Shown: positions 1-11,236 of the stretch, piece by piece | Position numbering within the stretch: position 1 is the first letter of the stretch | How the letters are laid out: every line of letters begins with the position of its first letter | Assembly: GCA_964016885.1 (NCBI GenBank) | Contig: OZ024751.1 | Location: forward strand, 1,240,001-1,304,000 | Source: Eledone cirrhosa | Taxonomy: Eukaryota | Direction: 5' to 3' | Length of the DNA stretch: 64,000 nt | Made by a program: the position numbers and the translations under genes | Notes under the pieces: model-generated | What the model saw: only the letters and a program-made list of their open reading frames with translations | Told to the model about the DNA's origin: nothing | The model's database searches: none

Positions 1-576
1 TTCGTTCTTACTGCTTCCTCTTTCTCTGTATCTTTACCCTCTCTAACAGTCACTCTCTCTGTTAGCCTCTTCCTCACCCTTCACTCACTCACTCTCTGTT
101 ACTACCTCTCCTCCTCCTCCTTCCCGTTTGACCTGTGCGTAATTCTTTTCTTTCGCACCCCTGGTCAGGCAGGTTCGCTTTTTTTCTCTCTCTCGTCTAC
201 GATTTCACAGAACTTACGTTCACCGAATTCACAGACTAGATTCCTTCTTCCTCCCGTTAGACCTGTACGGAATTCCTTCCTTGCTCACATTCCAACCAGG
301 TTTGATGGTCTTTATTCTCTCTCGTTCACGATTTCACCGAACTTATATTCATGGAAATTTGGGACTTGACTCCTTCTTCCTCACTTTTCGTTGCTTCACC
401 ATCTTTGTTTGTTTACACTCTCGTGTCCCCTTTATTTACGTGTCCCAACGACTTTTTTTAGCCGTTGCTCGCACCAACCGGAGGTATATGGTCTTTAAAG
501 CGATGAAATACCAATGATGGTTGGAAGATCACTGATGAAGGACTAACTTTATTCAAATATATATATATATATATAT

Positions 577-891
577 CATCATCATTTTACGTCCGCTTTT
601 CCCTGCTTGCAAGGGTGGGACGGGAACTGAATCGGGCTTGATTTCTACAGATGGATGCCCTTCCTAACACCAACCTCATTTACAGTGAGTGCTGGGTGCT
701 TTTTTGCCGTGGCACCTCCACGACCACCTTGCAGTGGAATGATAGGGACCCCAGTTCTACAGCTGAGTAAGCTGGAGCAATGTGAAATAAAGTGTCTTGC
801 TCAAGGACACAACACATCACCCGGTCTGAGAATTGAACTCACAACCTTTCGATTGCAAAGCCTATGCTCTAACCACTAAGACATGTGCCTC
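577..891 (-). mobile_element. tRNA-derived SINE (possibly composite) with RTE-like 3' end and (TGA)n tail
   Basis: Minus strand starts ggaggcacatgtcttagtggttagagc (A-box-like), then gtgagttcaattc (B-box-like) and tccttgagcaagacact. It ends in ...gcggacgtaaaatgatgatgatg, the same tail as the RTE copy at 11180-11223. Confidence 0.7.
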
Positions 892-902
892 CATTATATA
901 TG

Positions 903-1000
<98 letters not shown>

Positions 1001-1212
1001 CACACACATTATTTCTGAAGACAGCATATATATGTGTAGGTATGTATATTTCCTCTGATAGTTTGTAAAATTTTTTCATAGATCTATATGATATACATAC
1101 CAACACACATATATCCTAGAAAGGATCGTAAAATGATGAATTTTTTAATATAAGGAACTTGTTCTTTGTTTTTATTCATTGTTTTTATTAATTTATATAT
1201 ATATATATATAT

Positions 1213-1507
1213 ATATTGTTATACTTTGGGAGGGTCATGTTGCCAATAAGAAACACACGCACCAGTTGCTTTCACTTCAATTTAATTTAATATATATTTA
1301 TAAATTTACAAATTTATAAATTTCTGGTTGGTTGGTTGGTTCCACAACCAGATAGTTGTTTATATATATATAGTCATAGTTCTTTCGTCACACACTCTGT
1401 GACCTCTTCAGTGACTGGGGATTTCTTTCTTCGTTTCTGTGCCTTTCCTTTCTTCTATCCTACGCCATTTTGTTTGTGTGTGGGTTGCGTGCTCAGTTTG
1501 CGCATGC
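1213..1507 (-). repeat. Left inverted pseudo-LTR arm (295 bp)
   Basis: Complements 4414-4708 (positions pair as i+j=5921); no mismatch seen by eye. Confidence 0.95.
1372..1416 (-). ncRNA. Second copy of the hammerhead ribozyme (antisense arm)
   Basis: Exact reverse complement of 4505-4549. Confidence 0.8.
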
Positions 1508-4200
1508 CTCTCACCACCACTACAATCTTAACAAACACACAGACACAGAAAACAAGTAATGACAGTAGCACAGAAATCAGAGAAATAAGAGAAAGTAATA
1601 GGATTAAAAGGAGTAGGGAGACTAAGGACAAAGAGAATAACCAAGACGAACACACAGACACACAAAATAGGGTAGATAACAACATTGAGCCAGTGGAAAG
1701 AGACAGGAGTAATTATGAGAGACATAGAAACAACCATGAAGCTGAGGCTGCTGCTGTTGGTGGAAATAGAAACAACACAACTAACAATAGCGCAAGTACA
1801 CATAAAGCAGCAGCCTGGAACTCTCCGTTTTATAACCACTCCGATAAATCATTCGACCTACGACGAGTCCACGCCACGACTTTGCCATTTAACAAACGCA
1901 CGCAGTTGCCGTCGCAGGTCGATGAACAAACAGAAGCACAATTTAGTATAGCTAAATCCGAACTTAGAAATATTATAGAACAGTATAGCAAGAAGCATAA
2001 TAGAATAGAGGCCCAGCAACTGGGAGAAGAATCTGCAAATGGCTTGCGTAAGCTCATGCAGCGCTCGCGTAATGGAGAGATAGCATGCTTTCCAACAGAC
2101 AAGTCTGGCAGAATGTCGGTTGACAGCCTGCCAAACTACATCCAGGCAATGCAACCCCACATCACTAACACAAGAGAGGTAACACCACAGGAGCATGAGG
2201 ACAGAGAAAAAACCCTCAATGCCCATATGGTGATGTGGACAAATATAATGCAGCCCAACAAAAGGACTGCCAACAACTTCCAGGCCTGGAACAATGACGT
2301 GCCGGCGTTGTATGGGCTTCGAAAAGACCATAAAACGGGCTGGGACCCTGTCGCGGGACCACCAACACGGCCAGTCTGTGGGGCTAACATTGCTAGTAAC
2401 TACAGACTGTCCTACTTCCTCTCCCTGATCATACGCCCCATCATTGAGATGTCCCCAGATGTGTGTGACAGCACGGAGGACCTCCTCAGCAGAATCGGCG
2501 CGGGTAACCGATCTGGGGACCTAACAAACTGCATAATAGGCAGTATGGATGTTGTGTCCCTGTATCCATCTATTGACGTGGATTTTGCTGTGGAGAAATG
2601 CGTCGAAATGATCAGCGAGAGCAAGGTTGAGTTCCGTGGGATTGATACCAGTGAGCTGGGACTTCTACTTAAGCTTACCCATAGTAATAGTTACCTAGAC
2701 ACTTATGACCTTAGCAACCTGTGCCCTACAAGACCAGCAAGAGGCAGACCACCTACCATTACCTCAATGGCCAAGAAAACCCACACAGATAGATGGAACG
2801 GGTGGACCAGAGCCATACGGACACCCGAAAACCACGATGAACTGAAGAAAATGATTGCACATGCGGTAGGGGCCAGCATAAAATTAACCCTTAAGGAACA
2901 TATGTTCAAATTTAATGGTAAAACATATGCCCAAGAGGAAGGAGCAGCCATTGGTGTTAGCATTGCAGGCGACATAGCTAACTTGTTCATGGTATGGTGG
3001 GACAGTAGACTTAAACAAAAACTTAAAGAACAATTAGAAGACAGATTAACCCTGATAATGTACTCCCGCTACGTAGATGATATAAACATCGTAGTTAAGA
3101 CACCCCCACTAAAGAACAGTCAGGAACCTGAGAAAAACACAATGGAAAGCATCCAGCAAATAGCAAACTCCATCCACCAGAGCATTAGAGTTACTATAGA
3201 CTACCCAAGTAGACACCCCAACCATCGATTACCTGTACTAGACACAGAGCTCTGGTTAGATACTATTAACAACCAAAAACAAATCCTCCATTCCCATTAT
3301 GCCAAACCCATGACTTCCAAACATCTGATCCACCGAAACTCGGCCATTTCGGACCATACCAAAATCAACATACTGATTGCGGATTTGATACGGGTGATGA
3401 GAAATGTGTCCCGCATGTGCAACCCCGAAGAACTAGAGAGACACATACAACACTTCATCCACCGTATGCAGTTCTCTGGCTACAATCAGAGAGATAGAAT
3501 CAGAGTGTATAAAGGAGCCAGAACCAAATGGGAAAAAATGGTAAATAATGACATAAATGGGACCTGCCCCTTGTATAGGAGCAAATTTTGGAATAGAATA
3601 GAAAGAACTAAGAACAAGGCCAATAGAATAAACTCATGGTATGATAGCAATAAATACCAGAGTGTAATGTTCATCAATACAACCCCTAGAGGTGAACTAG
3701 CCTACAAATTTAGAAGGGCCCTAAAGAAACATAATCTCAATATTAAGATAGTAGAAAGACCTGGTACCTCCGTAAAAACACTTATTAGCAAGACATACCC
3801 GTTCCAAAGACCCTCATGTATAGATAAGAAATGTATAACCTGTAAAATAAGCCCCCATATTAACTGTAAAACTAGAAATGTAGTATATAGCATAAGATGT
3901 ACTGAGGGACAATGTAGAAACAAAAATATAGTGTACATAGGTGAGACAGCTCGTAGTATAGGGGAACGAATAAATGAACACTGGCGAGACCTCCAAGATA
4001 GTAAAGAATCATCTGTGCTCTACCAACATGCTAAGATAGAACACAGGGGTAAATTAGAGAGCATAGAAATAAAAATAGAATCCACACACAAGAAAGACGC
4101 AATGTTTAGGCAAATTACAGAGGCAGTAAGCATAAAAGAATTAAAACCAAAATTAAATAGAAAATATGAGTGGAACAGCAACATCACAACTTACAATTAA
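1504..4200 (+). CDS. PLE reverse transcriptase / GIY-YIG endonuclease (about 898 aa from the first ATG; frame open from 1336)
   Basis: Motifs PTDKSG, LYGLRKDHK, RPV, SMDVVSLYPSI, QEEGAAIG..IANLFM, RYVDD, LPVLD, Cys linker CIDKKCITC, and VVYSIRC..YIGETARSIGERINEH..H..RQITEA..LN. No stops. Confidence 0.92.
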   Translation: MPLTTTTILTNTQTQKTSNDSSTEIREIRESNRIKRSRETKDKENNQDEHTDTQNRVDNNIEPVERDRSNYERHRNNHEAEAAAVGGNRNNTTNNSASTHKAAAWNSPFYNHSDKSFDLRRVHATTLPFNKRTQLPSQVDEQTEAQFSIAKSELRNIIEQYSKKHNRIEAQQLGEESANGLRKLMQRSRNGEIACFPTDKSGRMSVDSLPNYIQAMQPHITNTREVTPQEHEDREKTLNAHMVMWTNIMQPNKRTANNFQAWNNDVPALYGLRKDHKTGWDPVAGPPTRPVCGANIASNYRLSYFLSLIIRPIIEMSPDVCDSTEDLLSRIGAGNRSGDLTNCIIGSMDVVSLYPSIDVDFAVEKCVEMISESKVEFRGIDTSELGLLLKLTHSNSYLDTYDLSNLCPTRPARGRPPTITSMAKKTHTDRWNGWTRAIRTPENHDELKKMIAHAVGASIKLTLKEHMFKFNGKTYAQEEGAAIGVSIAGDIANLFMVWWDSRLKQKLKEQLEDRLTLIMYSRYVDDINIVVKTPPLKNSQEPEKNTMESIQQIANSIHQSIRVTIDYPSRHPNHRLPVLDTELWLDTINNQKQILHSHYAKPMTSKHLIHRNSAISDHTKINILIADLIRVMRNVSRMCNPEELERHIQHFIHRMQFSGYNQRDRIRVYKGARTKWEKMVNNDINGTCPLYRSKFWNRIERTKNKANRINSWYDSNKYQSVMFINTTPRGELAYKFRRALKKHNLNIKIVERPGTSVKTLISKTYPFQRPSCIDKKCITCKISPHINCKTRNVVYSIRCTEGQCRNKNIVYIGETARSIGERINEHWRDLQDSKESSVLYQHAKIEHRGKLESIEIKIESTHKKDAMFRQITEAVSIKELKPKLNRKYEWNSNITTYN

Positions 4201-4504
4201 GGACAAAATGAAAACACACACACACATATATAAACAACTTACAATTGAAAACACACACAAAATGAAAACACACACAAGACAAAATGAAAACACACACACA
4301 CATAGAACAAACAACCAACCAACAATAAATAAATAAATAAACAAACAAATATAAATATAAAAATATAAAAATAGAAAAATGAACACAAACACACACAGAC
4401 ACCCGGATGTGGCGCATGCGCAAACTGAGCACGCAACCCACACACAAACAAAATGGCGTAGGATAGAAGAAAGGAAAGGCACAGAAACGAAGAAAGAAAT
4501 CCCC

Positions 4505-4549
4505 AGTCACTGAAGAGGTCACAGAGTGTGTGACGAAAGAACTATGACT
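4505..4549 (+). ncRNA. Minimal type I hammerhead ribozyme in PLE pLTR
   Basis: agtca-CTGAAGA-g-gtcaca(gagtg)tgtgac-GAAA-gaaCTA-tgact. Stem I agtca/tgact, 6-bp stem II, very short stem III, predicted cleavage after CUA (4544). Confidence 0.82.
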
Positions 4550-4762
4550 ATATATATATAAACAACTATCTGGTTGTGGAACCAACCAACCAACCAGAAA
4601 TTTATAAATTTGTAAATTTATAAATATATATTAAATTAAATTGAAGTGAAAGCAACTGGTGCGTGTGTTTCTTATTGGCAACATGACCCTCCCAAAGTAT
4701 AACAATATCGGTTTCAACACACGATTTCAGATAAAGAATCTTGCTAAACAAATTCAGAAACG

Positions 4763-4835
<73 letters not shown>

Positions 4836-4893
4836 CATACATACATATATATATATATATTTATACATATATATATATATATATACACATTCA

Positions 4894-4934
<41 letters not shown>

Positions 4935-5538
4935 ACCTTTATTAAAATAACAGATTAAAGTTATTATTACTAAATATACATATAACGTTTCCTTCACTTT
5001 ATATCTATATATATATATTTTTTCTCTATATATATTTATTGGCAATTGAGGGGATAGTTAATTGTAATCAAAGACGATTGAACGCTTGCCATAAATCCTT
5101 TCTGTGTATGACGTCATACAGGCTGTAACGGAACATCTTGTAGCAGGCAGTGGTGGTGGCGGTTGTGGTGGTGGTGGAGGAGGAACAGTAGAGAGGTTTT
5201 GGTGTGAGAAGGAAATCATAGATAATCGAAGGAAATTGATAATAGGCTGTAAATATCGGTAATGATATTCATCTAGAAAGCTTCAGAAGTATGAAATGAG
5301 CCGGGGTGATTGGGGGTGGTGTGTGTGTGTGTGTGTGTGGGGGGGGGGGGGGCGTCCGTACAGAAACCATGTTGGATTAATCAGATCACTTTAAACAGCT
5401 TCTTTCATAATTCAGCTATTATTGTTTGATTTTCTCTCGTTCGTTGATAGTATTCAAATCAATCACTCTTACTACAAATTGGGCTCTGATTATTAACCTG
5501 ACTAAGGAAGTGTTATATAGTTGGCTAGATACCCTTAT

Positions 5539-5574
<36 letters not shown>

Positions 5575-5860
5575 CATCATCATCATCATCATCATCATCA
5601 TTATCATCATCATCATCATCATCATCATCATTTAACGTCCATCTTACATGCTAGCATGGGTTGGATGGTTTTGTCCCACTTGAGGTGAGATTGGTCGGGA
5701 GACTGTCGGGTTTTCTACGGCTGGATGCCCTTCCTAACATCAACCACATTTACAGTGTGGACTGGGAGCCTTTTCACCGTGTCTCCTACACGACCACTTT
5801 ATAGTGTGGACTGGGTGCTTTTTGTGTCACCTATACGACCACTTTACAGTGAACTGAAGT
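5575..5860 (-). mobile_element. SINE/RTE-tail fragment ending in (TGA)n
   Basis: Shares tttctac-g-tggatgcccttcctaaca-caacc with 641-675. Minus strand ends catgctagcatgtaagatggacgttaaa(tga)n. Confidence 0.65.
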
Positions 5861-5989
5861 GGGAGGATGGAGTAGGGTGTGTGGGGTGTATATTGGGTTA
5901 AGAGGTGCCTACTCACTTTAGGTTTAAGTTAGTATGCAAGGGAAGGCAAGTCTTCTGTACAACTCCGTAGCACCAAAGATCTCAATCCA

Positions 5990-6668
5990 GTGACATTGTC
6001 TAGGAGAGGTGTAACTGACCAAGGTCAGTTTTTATCATCTTGTCCCAGGTTTTTCTTGGTCTACTCACTCCTTTCATCAATTGTGATTGCTCTTCACTTT
6101 TTTATACAGCTGTTGTCCTTCATATGCATCACATGACCATACCAACGCAATCTCCTCTCCTGCACACAACATTTGATACCTCTTATGCTTAGTCTCTCTC
6201 TCTCAATTCGTTTATGCTTTGCCGTTCGCGCACATTACTATTACACATCCATCGGAGCATGCAAGCTTTGTTTCTTTCTAATCTACGCAAGTCTTCTGCA
6301 CACAGCACCCAAGTCTCACTACCATGTAATATTGCCGTTCATATACAGGCATCATACAATCTGCCTTTCATTTTTAAAGAAAAGCCCCTTGTGGCCAACA
6401 GCGGTATTAGCTCTCTGAACCTTTTCCATCCCGTTCTAACTCTGGCTACTACACTTTTAGAACACCCACCTACACTGCTGATTTTATCACCTAGGTAACA
6501 GAAAGTGTCTACTATTTGTATAGAACCATCTTAAAGTTTAAGGAGATAGTATCCAGTGGGCTACTTACTGCACCTGAGTACCAGCGACATATAAAATCTA
6601 CATTCTTAGATAGCTTACCTGTGATCCCACATCTCTTATGTACCCATAGATTGCATTTGGGACATTTG
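5990..6668 (-). mobile_element. Decayed 3' fragment of an RTE-type LINE
   Basis: Minus strand encodes [50 protein letters not shown] and KTWD, homologous to 8790-9450. Confidence 0.85.
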
Positions 6669-6696
6669 TATGTATGTATGTATATATATGTATATA

Positions 6697-6782
<86 letters not shown>

Positions 6783-6789
<7 letters not shown>

Positions 6790-9525
6790 TGGATCAATAA
6801 GACAATAGAGGTAGTTCGAGTTAGTAATCGAATAATTAAGCTTAGATTAGTTGTAGGCAGGAGACTACTGACAATCATCTCAGTCTATGCTCCCCAAGCA
6901 GGCCTAGGCAAAGAAGAGATAGACTGCTTTTACGAGCAACTTTTCAAACAACCACAATGACAGAGGACGGAGACATTGTTATGCTAGCAGGGGACATCAA
7001 TGATCATGTTGGACAGCTACAGGATGGCTGCACGGTTACGGCTCAAGAAATGAAGAAGGAGTGAGACTTCTTGAATTTTGTGATGCAAGTACACTGACTA
7101 TTTGCAACACAAACTTCTAGAAACCTGCCAACCACCTAATAACCTACAAATCTGGCGAGCTCATAAGTCAGATTGACTTCTTACTAGTTAGGCAGTGGGA
7201 CAGCCAGATGGTGTCAAATACAAAGGCATACCCTGGGGAAGAATGTACCCACAGCATAGGTTAGTCATTAGAGACATCTCAGTGAGCATGAGAAAGAATG
7301 AGACATACAGGAAGGTTTGGAAAAGAAAGGTCTGGAAGCTAAAACACCTTTCATTAAAATATAAATTTAGCAAAAAAGCAGACGATTTAGAGACGTATGA
7401 CATAGATAATAATGGGAATTGCTTACGTGACAACTTACTGCAGGCTACTGATGAAACTTGTGGCTGGATCAGAGCTCCAACCAGACAGAGAGTGACCTGG
7501 TGGTGGAACAGCACAGTAGATTGGGCCATTAGAGACAAAAGACTAGCATGGAAGGCTTGGAAAAAGGGTGGGAGTAGAGAAGGATATACAGCCGCTAAGA
7601 GAGAAGCTAGACGTCAGGTGTACTTAGCACGCAGGGAGGCTGAGAGTAGGAGGTTTGCCAATGTTCTGTGATGGGAAGATCAGAGGCGTGCGGTGTTCCA
7701 CATTGCAAGGCAGTGTGTCAATGCAAATCAGGATGTTGCTGGAGATAAATGTGTCCGGAATGATGCTGGTGTACTTAGTGTCACGAATGATCAGAAAAAG
7801 GAGGCCTGGAAATGTCATTATGAGAGACTGATGAATGTGGAGAACGAATGGGAGAGAGAGAAATTACCCTCAGTAGATCCGACAGAGGGACCAGCTATTG
7901 AGATTGACGAATATAAGGTCCAAGAGGCAATTAAGGAAATGAAAAATGATAAGGCTGCTGGACCATCGGGGATAGTTGCTGAGATGCTGAAGGCATCAGG
8001 GGACGTAGGCACTAAACTGGTTGCACGCATCATCAATCAGGCTATATATGGTGGTGTCATACACTAGCGCAGCAGTATTCTCATAAATTGCTACAAAGGT
8101 AAAGGGGATGCTCTGGAGAGGAGCAATAGGGGTATGAAACTGATGGATCAGATTATGAAAGTAGCAGAAAGGATATTAGCACAACTAATTAGAGAAAGGG
8201 TCAAACTAGATGAGATGCAGTTTGGTTTTGTGCCTGGGAAGAGTACAACATATGCCCTCTTCTTGGTGAGACAATTACAAGAGAGGTTCTTAGAGAAAAA
8301 TAAGCCACTATACTTAGCCTTTGTTGACCTAGGACCCCGATCTGTCATCTGGTGGTCCCTAAGGAAACTAGTTTTTGAGGAATGGCTTGTGAGGACAGTG
8401 CAAACTTTGTACATAGGTACTGTCAGTAAAGTGAGGGTAGGAATTCCAGATACAAATAGGATTACATCAAGGTTCGGTCCTCAGCCTGCTCTTGTTCAGT
8501 ATAGTCCTCCAAGCCATAACAGAGGAGTTTAAGACTGGCTGTCCATGGGAACTTCTCTATGCTAACTTCTCTATGCTAACTTCTCTATGCTGACGATAGC
8601 AGAATCAGTAGAGGAGCTAGAGAATAAATTCTGGCTATGGAAACAGCAGTTGGAAGCAAGAGGACTGTGAGTGAACCTAGCTAAGACAAAAGTGTTGATG
8701 AGTAGAAAAGAGGACAAAACTCTGATTCCGCCCGGGAAATGGCCATGTTCGATATGCAGAAAAGGAACTGGCATAAATTCTATAAAATGCACACAATGCA
8801 GGTCCTGGGTACACAAGAGATATAGCGGGATAGCAGGCAAACTAACAGGTAGGGAGAAATACATAAGCAGTAGATGTACAGGGAAATTAGACAGTAGAAG
8901 TCGCATTTATAGACACATTTTTCAAATGTAGGCGGGTGGTATAGAAGTGGTGGATAGCTTCCGGTACCTAGGTGATCAGATTAGCATGGGAGGGGGTGTT
9001 CCGAGGCCATAGTATCTAGAATAAGGACGGGTTGGAAGAAGTTTAGGGAGCTGCTTCCTCTGCTGACAAAAAAGGGTTTCTCTTTGCGTACGAAAGGCCG
9101 GTTATATGATGCCTGTGTGAGGAGCGCGATGCTGCATGGTAGTGAGACATGGGCAGCAACTGCAGAGGATATGCAACGGCTGGAGAGAAATGACGCAAGC
9201 ATGCTCCATTGGATGTGCAATGTCAATCTGTGTGAACGACCCAGCATGAATGTGTTGAGAAAGAAACTGTCTGAGAGGGATAGAATGTAGTGTGCAAAAG
9301 AGGAGACTGAGGTGCTATGGACATGTGATGCGCATGGAGGATGACCGATGGGGGAAGAAGTGCCAGGAAATATCAGTTGAAGGAAGACGTGGTAGAGGTA
9401 GACCACGAAAAACATGGGACCAGGTGGTGAGAACAGACCTCAGATCACTGAAGCTCACGATGGAGATGACGAAGGAGCGTGACAAGTGGAGAGATGCTGT
9501 GCTAAATAAGACCAGTCCCACCCTT
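6783..9525 (+). mobile_element. 5'-truncated, decayed RTE-type LINE (APE-RT with Cys-rich insert), several stops and frameshifts
   Basis: [85 protein letters not shown]. Confidence 0.92.
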
Positions 9526-9835
9526 TCTGTTGTTAAAGGGGTGTTAGGCGCCGGTTATCCATCTCCGTAGCGCTTTTATAATATCTGTCTGTATGCCTGA
9601 CTGTCTGCATTACGAGATTCTGACGAACATTGATGACGTATTATGTTCGCTATTTTCCGTTCATTGCCAGGGAACGTCTTCACGAACCAAAGTATCGTCT
9701 TCCTGTTTTTCTTCGGTTGCAACGTTTTCCGAAATATTTAATTCTGCGTTCACAGATTGATGTTTTTAGTTTCAGAGGATCCCGTTAAGGGTGAAAGCAA
9801 CGATTCTTTGCTTAAACTTTAATCTGTTATTTTAA

Positions 9836-10561
9836 TCTATATATGTATATATATAAAACTGAAGAAGAATGTATGTATGTATGTATGTATGTATGTATGT
9901 ATGTATGTATGTATGTATGTATGTATGTATGTATGTATGTATGTATGTGTGTATATATGTGTGTGTGTGTGTCTGCGACTTTGAATTTCTAAAACTCGAG
10001 AAGTACCCAACCGACCTTTTTCAAGCCTTACTTATGTTTCGGGGAGTGTTATGCACATAAAAAATTCAACTCTTTGATCCCCTAGGGCCCGCATTAGATG
10101 AAAAACTGCATTTTTTCCAGCTTTTTAGGGTTATTTTGAGGCGTTACGTCAAACCAATTTCCTTGAAATTGTAACTATGTATTAGTCAGTCTCTTCATAC
10201 TGTGAGCAAAGAAAATCCAACTTTTTTATGGCCTAGGGCCCGCATTAGATGAAAAACTTCATTTTTTTCAGCTTTTTAAAGGCTTTTTTCAAGCGTTATG
10301 TCTAGCGGATTTTCCCGAAATTTCAAGGCATATTATGCACATAAAAAAAATTCATTTTCTTGATCCCCTAGGGTCCGCATTAGGTGAAAACCTGCCTTTT
10401 TCCTGCTTCATCGAGGAAAATCTTAGATTATCCAGCCATCAGAGTATTCGATTTATTTTCTTTACATATTGTCCAGGCATGCAGTTTTTCCCCGATTAGG
10501 TCTGTTGGTGGCCCGCGTTCCAAAATACCTTATCCCGTGCAACGCCGGGTACCACTGCTAG
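9836..10561 (+). mobile_element. Non-autonomous Helitron-like element with internal (GTAT)n and three diverged ~135-150-bp repeats
   Basis: A|TC 5' end and CTAG|T 3' end, preceded by the hairpin cccgtgcaacgccggg (10534-10549). The block cctagggyccgcattag recurs at about 10082, 10232 and 10367. Confidence 0.75.
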
Positions 10562-10628
10562 TATATATATATAATATAGAAATGGCTTCAACAGGACTAG
10601 AACTGTTTAATTCGGGAGAAATCATCAG

Positions 10629-10679
10629 GGCTTCCTGATGATTTCTCCCGAATGAAACAGTTCTAGTCCTGTAGAAGCC
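10629..10679 (+). ncRNA. Type I hammerhead ribozyme candidate in a PLE end remnant
   Basis: ggcttc-CTGATGA-tttc(tccc)gaat-GAA-acag(ttctagtc)ctgt-A-gaagcc. Stem I 6 bp, stem III 4 bp, GUA cleavage site; stem II is weak (U-U closing pair). Confidence 0.65.
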
Positions 10680-10802
10680 ATTTCTATAGTAAATATTTAT
10701 ACTCTGCCATGTATTGAGTACCTTACTTACTGTGGTTACCCCCAATCGGACCCGAGATAAACTTATATATATATATATAAAGACTTATATATGTATATAT
10801 AA

Positions 10803-11223
10803 AGACTGCTTTTACGAGCAACTTTTACAAACAGCCGCAATGACAGAGGACTGAGACAACGTTATGCTAGCAGGGGACTTCAATGGTCATGTTGGACAGC
10901 TCCAGGATGGTTACACTGGGGTACATGGTGAGCACGGTTACGGCTCAAGAAATGAGGAGACTGCGATGGTATGGACATGTGATGTGCATGGAGGATGACC
11001 AATGGGTGAAGAAGTGCCAGGAAATGCCAGTTGAAGGAAGACATAGTAGAGGTAGACCACAAAAAACATGGGCGGAGGTGGTGAGAGCAGACCTCAGATT
11101 GCTGAAGCTCACAGTGGAGATGACGAAGGACTGTGGCAAGTGGAGAGATACTGTACTGAATAAGACCCATCCCTCCCTTGCAAGCATGGAAAAACAGACG
11201 TAAAATGATGATGATGATGATGA
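10803..11223 (+). mobile_element. Internally deleted RTE copy with intact 3' end and (TGA)n tail
   Basis: 10803-10953 matches 6921-7053 and 10953-11180 matches 9300-9525. Confidence 0.85.
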
Positions 11224-11236
11224 TATATATATATAT

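Larger units (their letters stand above)
1213..4764 (+). mobile_element. Penelope-like retroelement with inverted (tail-to-tail) pseudo-LTR, flanked by (TA)n
   Basis: RT + GIY-YIG ORF. Segment 1213-1507 is the reverse complement of 4414-4708. Hammerhead motif in both arms and (TA)n on both flanks. Confidence 0.93.

Noticed and set aside
525-560. Hammerhead at ctgatgaagg
   Set aside because: No stem II partner or GAAA follows. At most a truncated PLE remnant (1-555).
1504-4200. Selenoprotein-type PLE or telomerase
   Set aside because: No in-frame TGA. The GIY-YIG domain and pLTR identify a PLE rather than TERT.
1455-4585. Antisense and alternate-frame ORFs over the PLE (and likewise over the Tx1 ORFs)
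   Set aside because: Shadows of the main ORFs. The 133-aa ORF at 4184-4585 merely mirrors the inverted arm.
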